A stretch of DNA of 64,000 bases from assembly GCA_002428325.1 (NCBI GenBank), contig DIVR01000026.1, positions 9,219-73,218 on the forward strand, given 5' to 3'. Position numbers and translations under genes: made by a program. Below, one piece after another: positions 58,047 through 64,000 of the stretch (position 1 is the stretch's first letter; every line of letters starts with the position of its first letter). The notes under the pieces are model-generated. The model was not told where the DNA came from. It searched no databases and saw only the letters and a list, made by a program, of their open reading frames with translations. The DNA comes from a bacterium UBP4_UBA6127. Lineage in GTDB: Bacteria; UBP4; UBA4092.

Positions 58047-61000
58047 ATGAAACTGTTAAACATCAAGAAATCCATCTTCATCCTGTCATTATCGGCTGTA
58101 ATGACAGTCATTCTGGGAAGCCTATTGGTAATTGCCAGTGTCATCGGCATCCATCCCGAACATCTTCGCCTCATTCCCAGAGAAAAAGATATTCAGGTCC
58201 AACTGGAATTATGGAGTGAATATTCCTCTCCCCAACCCGCCAGGCTAAACCTGACCCTGGAGGGGCCGGATGAAAAAATAATCAAATCCGCCGCCTACCA
58301 GGTAACCCTGAAACCCGGACATGGACATTCCTACCAATTCACCCTCCCGGCCCGAATCGACAAGGGAAAACTCTATGATTATATGCTTCGTTATACCCTG
58401 ACCACTCCTGACGGCAACCACTCCTCAGGTTCAAAGATACTATTTGACGCAGTGCCTCAGATGGAAATCTATGTCAGCGGCAGCGAGGATGTTTATCCGG
58501 GAAGTAAAGCCTCAATGAGAATTCAGGTTCTGAATCATGCCGATAAGAAACCCATTTCAGGGGCAGGAATCAATCTATCAGTAAAAAATCCGGATGGTAA
58601 ATCCAACCTGAACCTCTTTGATGGGAAGACGAATCGTCAGGGAGTCCTGGAAGCTTCTTTTGTGATTCCCAAAACCTATGCCGGGGTCAAGGGATTAGAA
58701 GCCGTCATCCAGGTAACCTCCCGAATCGGGGAAGAGACTATCCCAAAATCCATTCAGCTGAAATCAGGCGCTAAAATACTTTTAACCACCGATAAACCCC
58801 TATACCAACCCGGGCAGACCCTCCATATCAGAGCCCTTGCCCTGGAAATGCCGGGACTCATGCCGGCTTCAGGCCAGCCGATTCTGCTGGAAGTCAGCGA
58901 CAGCAAAGGCAACAAAGTCCATAAATTTGAAATGCCTCTGAATGATTTTGGGATTGCTTCTACCGATTTTATCCTGGCCGATGAAATCAATACCGGTCTT
59001 TACAGCATTAAGGCCATCTTGGGCGAAACCCAGGTAGAAAAGAAAGTGACTGTGGACCGATATGTTCTCCCCAAATTCAAAATACTCGTCGAACCCCAGC
59101 GGGATTATTATGGGCCCGGAGATATTCTAAAAGGAGAAATCCAGTCGGATTATTTCTTTGGCAAACCGGTGGTAAATGGCAAGGTAGTCATTACAGCCTC
59201 AAAATTCGAAATCCAGTTTGAGGAATTCAATAGACTTGAGGGAACCCTGGATAAGAATGGACATTATTCCTTTGAGTTTAAACTGCCCGCTTATTTTGCA
59301 GGCACCCCTTTGGAAGAAGGAAAGGCTTCAGTCAAACTGGAAGTAGCGGTAACAGATGGTGCCGACCACCGGCAGGATAAAACCCTGATGGTCCCCATCT
59401 CCAAAGAATCTATCCAACTGATTGCCATTCCTGAAGCCGGTACCCTGAAAGAAGGGCTTAAAAATACCCTCTACCTATTGGCCCGATATCCCGATGGGTC
59501 GCCAGCCTCATGCCGAATCGATTTCGCAGGTAGAAAATTGACAACCGATTCCTCAGGGATTGCTTTGGTTCAGATTACTCCATCAACCCAGGAAGTTAAT
59601 CTGCAGCTTACCGCTCAGGATTCCAAGGGTAATAAAGTCTCAAAGAAAATCACTCTAAAAGCAGACCCGAGCGAAGACTCCCTCCTGTTGAGAACGGATA
59701 AAGCCCTATATACGGTTGGCGACTCCCTGAAATTGGATTTCTACTCAACCCAACCCCAAGGCTCAGTTTTCGTGGACATCATCAAAGAAGGCCAGACTCT
59801 TTTAAGCCGTTCTGCCGGATTAAAAGAGGCTCATGGCCATTGGGAAATTCCTCTGGATGAGACCCTGGCAGGAAATCTCCTGATTCATAGTTATCTGATT
59901 ACCCGAACCGGAAATATCATCCGAGATTGCCGGTGGGTCTTTGTAAATCCTGCCAATGATCTGATTATCCGGATTCGACCCGACAAGACAGTCTATCGGC
60001 CGGGAGACCCTGCGGCTCTGGGAATCCAGGTAACCGATAAAGAGGGACAGGGGGCGCCTGCCGCTTTAGGGATCTCAATCGTGGATGAAGCCGTTTATGC
60101 TCTGCAGGAAATGCAACCCGGACTGGAGAAAATCTATTTTCTGCTGGAAAAAGAAATCCTCGAACCTCGATATGAAATTCATGGATTTGATCCCCAGGAG
60201 ATTATCCTACACAGACCGGATCCCGATAAAAGCCAGCTGGATTGGGCTCCCGGACAACAGCAAGCAGCTAAAGTCCTCTTTGCCGCCTCAGTACCTCGGG
60301 GAGATTCTCTTCCGGCAGTCTCGAACAGTATGGCGCCAAAACTGGAGGCTTACCAGTCAGCAATGGAACTTCGAATCAGCAAGATTGGAGAAAAAATCCA
60401 GAAGTCCCTCCAGAGTTATTACAACCGATATAAAGAGTACCCCGGAAAGACAGACGGGTATGATGTGCTGATTAGAAAAGGCTTCCTCAGGGAAAAAGAA
60501 TTAACTGACCCCTGGGGTACCCAGTGCAAGATTGAACCTGTCCAATGGACGAAGACCTTGATGCCTTTTGTGATTCATTCCGCAGGTCCGGATAAGGTTT
60601 TTAATACCAGTGATGATATCTCTGTCGATTCATTCCGCCACTCCCGCCGAATAAAGGGAGATTTATTCCTGGGCAGAGCCGGTATTATCGAAGAGGTTGA
60701 TGATATGAAAATGGTTAGAGCTTTTGAAGCTATGCCAGCACCTTCAGCCATGCCCACAGTTGCTAAACCCCAGGAAGAACCAAGGCTTAGAATGTATTTC
60801 CCTGAAACTCTTTATTTCAATCCCTGTTTTCTGACCGACCTGACCGGGAAGGGAACCCTTAAACTGGATATGGCAGATTCTATTACTGCCTGGAGAATGA
60901 CAGCCATGGCTTCTGGCAGGAAGGGACAGATGGGCAGCATTACCACCCCTATCAGGGTTTTCCAGGATTTCTTCGTGGATATCGACCTGCCGGTGGCCTT

Positions 61001-62876
61001 GACCCAGAATGACCAGGTCAGTATTCCGGTGGCGGTCTATAATTATCTTCCCGGTCCCCAGAAAGTCCGACTCGAACTGGCAAAAGCAGACTGGTTTGAA
61101 TTACTGGATGAACCCGTAAAAACAGTGGAAATGCAAAAAGACCAGGTCAAAGCAGTCTATTTCACCCTCAAAGTTAAAGAGATTGGACATCATCCCCTTC
61201 AAGTAAAAGCTTATGGAGAAAAGATGAGCGATGCCATCCAGCGTTCTATTGAAGTGATGCCTGATGGGAAAGAAACACTGGTCAGTTTTAGTGAACGATT
61301 GACAGGCAATCTCAGCCAGAACATCCAAATCCCTGCCGATGCGGTAGAAGGAGCTTCAAAGATATTGGTCAAAATATACCCAGGCCTCTTCAGCCAGGTT
61401 GTGGAAGGGTTGGATTCCATGTTCCGAATGCCCTTTGGTTGTTTTGAACAGACCTCATCGGTTACCTATCCCAATATCCTGGTTTTACTCTATCTGAAAG
61501 AAACAGGACAATTGACACCTGAAGTAGAGATGAAAGCTCGAGAGTATATTAATATCGGTTACCAACGGCTTCTGAGCTATGAAGTCAATGGCGGAGGCTT
61601 TGAATGGTTCGGGAATCCCCCGGCTAACCAAATCCTGACTGCCTGGGGATTGATGGAGTTTAATGAGATGGCAAAAGTCCATACCATCGACCCTAAAGTC
61701 ATTACCCGGACTCGTGACTGGCTCCTTACCAAACAACAGTCGGATGGGTCATGGAATCCTGATGCAGCTTATCTCCATGCGGAAAGCTGGCAGAATATTC
61801 AGGGCAGCAAAACCCTGGTAACAGCTTACATCGCCTGGGCCTTATCTGAAATCGGTTACAAGGGTGAGAAACTCGATAAGGCTGTAAAATACATTGAAAA
61901 TCATTATCAGGATACCCAGGATCCCTACACCCTGGCCTTGATAGCCAATGCCCTGGCCAATACAGCTCCCCAGAGCCCGGCCCTTGCCCAGGTCTTCCAG
62001 AAACTCATGTCCCTGAAAAAAGAACAGGGAGATAAAACCTGGTGGGAAACTGGAGGTCAGACAGTCACCTATACCCATGGGAAATCGGCTAATGTGGAAG
62101 TTACCTGTTTAGTGTCTCTGGCCATGATGAAAGTAGACAGAAGCCCTGCAACTGTAACCCAGGCATTGAATTATATTATCTCAGCCAAAGATGCCAGCGG
62201 AAATTGGGGTTCGACTCAGGGAACTATCTTAGCCTTGAAAACCCTCCTAACCTCCCTTAAGAACCTGACAGAAAAAGTGGATGCCGATATCGATATCCTC
62301 ATCAATGGACAATCTGCAGGCTCAGTCAATGTAACTCCTAAAAACAGTGATGTGATGCGGATGCTGGACCTGGGCGATAAGACACGAACCGGTTCCAATA
62401 ATGTGGAACTGAAATTCAAGGGGACTGGCTCCCTGATGTATCAGATCATCGGTAAGTATTATCTCCCCTGGAGAGATATTCAACCGGCCCAACCGGTACT
62501 GGATATTAACGTGGACTACGACAAAAAATCACTGGAAAAAGATGATCTCATAACGGCCCATGTGAGTGTTACCAATACAAAGCCAGCCGCCGCCAATATG
62601 GTCATCATTGACTTGGGTATCCCTCCCGGATTTGATGTGATTGCTTCTGATTTTGAAAAGATGGTGGACCAGAAGAAGATCCAGAAATTCAGTCTGACCC
62701 CCAGGCAGATTATTGTTTACCTCGATAAAATACAAGGAAAAACAACCTTCACCCTGGATTACCAGTTAAGAGCCAAATTCCCAATCAAAGCTCAGACACC
62801 TCCATCTTCAGCTTATGAGTATTACAATCCGGAAATCAAGAGTAACTCAAAACCGATAACCTTGATCGTTAAGTAA
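58047..62876 (+). CDS. Bacterial alpha-2-macroglobulin family protein (1609 aa) with thioester motif CFEQ and N-terminal membrane anchor
   Basis: Length matches bacterial A2M (ECAM/YfhM about 1650 aa). Thioester signature PFGCFEQTSSV, followed by an alpha/alpha-toroid-like region (RDWLLTKQQSDGSWN). Tandem MG-like beta-sandwich repeats upstream. N-terminal TM MKLLNIKKSIFILSLSAVMTVILGSLLVIASVIG. Confidence 0.85.
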   Translation: MKLLNIKKSIFILSLSAVMTVILGSLLVIASVIGIHPEHLRLIPREKDIQVQLELWSEYSSPQPARLNLTLEGPDEKIIKSAAYQVTLKPGHGHSYQFTLPARIDKGKLYDYMLRYTLTTPDGNHSSGSKILFDAVPQMEIYVSGSEDVYPGSKASMRIQVLNHADKKPISGAGINLSVKNPDGKSNLNLFDGKTNRQGVLEASFVIPKTYAGVKGLEAVIQVTSRIGEETIPKSIQLKSGAKILLTTDKPLYQPGQTLHIRALALEMPGLMPASGQPILLEVSDSKGNKVHKFEMPLNDFGIASTDFILADEINTGLYSIKAILGETQVEKKVTVDRYVLPKFKILVEPQRDYYGPGDILKGEIQSDYFFGKPVVNGKVVITASKFEIQFEEFNRLEGTLDKNGHYSFEFKLPAYFAGTPLEEGKASVKLEVAVTDGADHRQDKTLMVPISKESIQLIAIPEAGTLKEGLKNTLYLLARYPDGSPASCRIDFAGRKLTTDSSGIALVQITPSTQEVNLQLTAQDSKGNKVSKKITLKADPSEDSLLLRTDKALYTVGDSLKLDFYSTQPQGSVFVDIIKEGQTLLSRSAGLKEAHGHWEIPLDETLAGNLLIHSYLITRTGNIIRDCRWVFVNPANDLIIRIRPDKTVYRPGDPAALGIQVTDKEGQGAPAALGISIVDEAVYALQEMQPGLEKIYFLLEKEILEPRYEIHGFDPQEIILHRPDPDKSQLDWAPGQQQAAKVLFAASVPRGDSLPAVSNSMAPKLEAYQSAMELRISKIGEKIQKSLQSYYNRYKEYPGKTDGYDVLIRKGFLREKELTDPWGTQCKIEPVQWTKTLMPFVIHSAGPDKVFNTSDDISVDSFRHSRRIKGDLFLGRAGIIEEVDDMKMVRAFEAMPAPSAMPTVAKPQEEPRLRMYFPETLYFNPCFLTDLTGKGTLKLDMADSITAWRMTAMASGRKGQMGSITTPIRVFQDFFVDIDLPVALTQNDQVSIPVAVYNYLPGPQKVRLELAKADWFELLDEPVKTVEMQKDQVKAVYFTLKVKEIGHHPLQVKAYGEKMSDAIQRSIEVMPDGKETLVSFSERLTGNLSQNIQIPADAVEGASKILVKIYPGLFSQVVEGLDSMFRMPFGCFEQTSSVTYPNILVLLYLKETGQLTPEVEMKAREYINIGYQRLLSYEVNGGGFEWFGNPPANQILTAWGLMEFNEMAKVHTIDPKVITRTRDWLLTKQQSDGSWNPDAAYLHAESWQNIQGSKTLVTAYIAWALSEIGYKGEKLDKAVKYIENHYQDTQDPYTLALIANALANTAPQSPALAQVFQKLMSLKKEQGDKTWWETGGQTVTYTHGKSANVEVTCLVSLAMMKVDRSPATVTQALNYIISAKDASGNWGSTQGTILALKTLLTSLKNLTEKVDADIDILINGQSAGSVNVTPKNSDVMRMLDLGDKTRTGSNNVELKFKGTGSLMYQIIGKYYLPWRDIQPAQPVLDINVDYDKKSLEKDDLITAHVSVTNTKPAAANMVIIDLGIPPGFDVIASDFEKMVDQKKIQKFSLTPRQIIVYLDKIQGKTTFTLDYQLRAKFPIKAQTPPSSAYEYYNPEIKSNSKPITLIVK

Positions 62877-62898
62877 CCCATTGTAATTCTCTCCAGAA

Positions 62899-62936
62899 GG
62901 GAGGACCCTGACTCACCAGGGTCCTCCCTTTTTTTC
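62899..62936 (+). terminator. Rho-independent terminator (GGGAGGACCCTG-ACTCAC-CAGGGTCCTCCC followed by T7)
   Basis: 12-bp perfect stem followed by TTTTTTT, 3' of the A2M gene. Confidence 0.75.
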
Positions 62937-63026
62937 ATCTCTCCATTTATCAGGAATCAGCTTCTCATCTATAATTAGATTTCATTAATTAGAAATATCA
63001 TTTGCTTTGGTTTTCGGGAGATACCC

Positions 63027-64000
63027 TTGAAATCATATAAATCCATTTTCATCGCATTAGGAATCCTGCTTCTGCTGGGTACCTATATTTATATTTTCGA
63101 GAAAGGGCCCATGATAGATTCATCTGGTTCAGGGACCCCTTTTATCAAGAACATGGATACTCATAAAATCACTCAAATCTCTATTTGGGGTGAGGATACC
63201 AGCCAATTATTAATTCAATGTGTTCAATCGAAAGACAGCAGCTGGAAAATATCGGCTCCGATTCCTGACCAGGGTGACAGGGTGGAAATCAATGGATTTC
63301 TCATGGATCTAAAAACTCTGAAAGCCAGCCGTGTCTTGAAAAAAGAGTTACCCTCCCTGTCAGAATATGGTTTGGACCACCCACAGCTGGTTGTGGCTTT
63401 AACATCGGATTCCCAGGTAAAATTCTTGGTAGGCAGCCAGGCCCCTGGGAATGACACTTATTATGTTAAAAAAGAAAATGACCCGGCTGTCTATCTGTTG
63501 AATACTTCCCAAGTGGCGAGATGGTTTGGAAATGAGTATAAATTTAGAAATAAGACACTGGTGGACCTCTCAGTGGAAAATATCAACCAAATCCAATATC
63601 TTCGTGGAAAAGATACTTATTCTTTCCTTAAATCCCAGGAACAATGGAAATCCACTCAACCTTTAGAATATGAGATTAATCGGTATAAATTGGAAGATGC
63701 CTTATGGAAACTTCTCTCAGGACAAGTAAGGAAGTTTGAGAATGATACTACCCAGACTCTTGCAGAATATGGATTGGATAAACCCCTGGAAATCATTCGC
63801 TTGAAAACAAATACCCATCAGACCTGGGAACTCAAAGTTTCAACACAAGGCCCCCAGCCTGATTGGGTATATGCCAAAGCCAGCAATAAACCTTATATAT
63901 TCTCTATTGAAACGGCTGTCTTGGCTCCCCTACATTTTCATGATTTATCTGATTTACGGAATAAAAATATTTATAATTTCATGATGGATGATATCCAGAC
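63027..64000 (+). CDS. DUF4340-like domain protein (N-terminal TM anchor), 3'-truncated at the window end
   Basis: Hand translation from TTG 63027 (GGGAGA RBS 6 nt upstream) gives LKSYKSIFIALGILLLLGTYIYIFEKGP..., open to position 64000 with no stop. This N-terminal pattern (short basic stretch, TM, YxYFxE) resembles DUF4340 proteins. Absent from the ORF track because no stop lies inside the window. Confidence 0.55.
   Translation, partial: MKSYKSIFIALGILLLLGTYIYIFEKGPMIDSSGSGTPFIKNMDTHKITQISIWGEDTSQLLIQCVQSKDSSWKISAPIPDQGDRVEINGFLMDLKTLKASRVLKKELPSLSEYGLDHPQLVVALTSDSQVKFLVGSQAPGNDTYYVKKENDPAVYLLNTSQVARWFGNEYKFRNKTLVDLSVENINQIQYLRGKDTYSFLKSQEQWKSTQPLEYEINRYKLEDALWKLLSGQVRKFENDTTQTLAEYGLDKPLEIIRLKTNTHQTWELKVSTQGPQPDWVYAKASNKPYIFSIETAVLAPLHFHDLSDLRNKNIYNFMMDDIQ

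Noticed and set aside
1-64000. tRNA genes, rRNA, tmRNA, RNase P RNA, SRP RNA and CRISPR arrays
   Set aside because: I scanned intergenic regions for T-loop (GGTTCGA/GTTCAAAT) and other signature motifs and for regularly spaced direct repeats. None was found.

Overview
64-kb stretch of a bacterial chromosome at roughly 45% GC, densely coded on both strands with the standard genetic code (TGA is used as a stop in several well-supported genes). Gene content (class-III-signal pilin-like genes, many large secreted multi-domain proteins, ECF sigma/anti-sigma pairs) suggests an uncultivated PVC/Omnitrophota-like lineage, but that is inference only. Identifiable content, in order: two tandem near-identical type-IV-pilin-like genes; a phosphodiester glycosidase; a hydantoinase/oxoprolinase-family protein; an ~850-bp repeat-rich insert carrying a DUF559 endonuclease-domain pseudogene with an in-frame TGA, flanked by nested hairpin repeats; a glycan-degradation cluster (GH26 hydrolase, phosphoglucomutase-family mutase, GH94 cellobiose-phosphorylase-like); an unusually long 870-bp non-coding region; an aminotransferase; an endonuclease III-like glycosylase; a LysM/M23 peptidase; a 1708-aa S8 subtilase with an FG-GAP-like region and a PPC domain; nadB; pheA; an 808-aa secreted tandem-domain protein; a NamZ/DUF1343 protein; a PHP metallohydrolase; a 1160-aa soluble multi-PAS histidine kinase plus a REC-Hpt protein; panD; a 966-aa TPR protein with an N-terminal primase-type CHC2 zinc finger; a GT-C-like membrane protein overlapping a PBP1-like protein; rlmI; hisD-hisC; a cell-envelope cluster (gamma-CA-like, GT2, GT2, GT4, flippase-like protein, ddl, NlpC/P60); a three-gene minus-strand cluster of unknowns; and an ECF sigma / anti-sigma / 1609-aa thioester alpha-2-macroglobulin / DUF4340 (partial) cluster. 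Two short-repeat families were seen directly in the sequence: a perfect palindrome TTTTGACAGCTGTCAAAA (3 copies) and a GACCCAGGCTG-N7-CAGCCTGGGTC hairpin (3 copies plus a related terminator). No tRNA, rRNA, CRISPR array, integrase or transposase was recognised.
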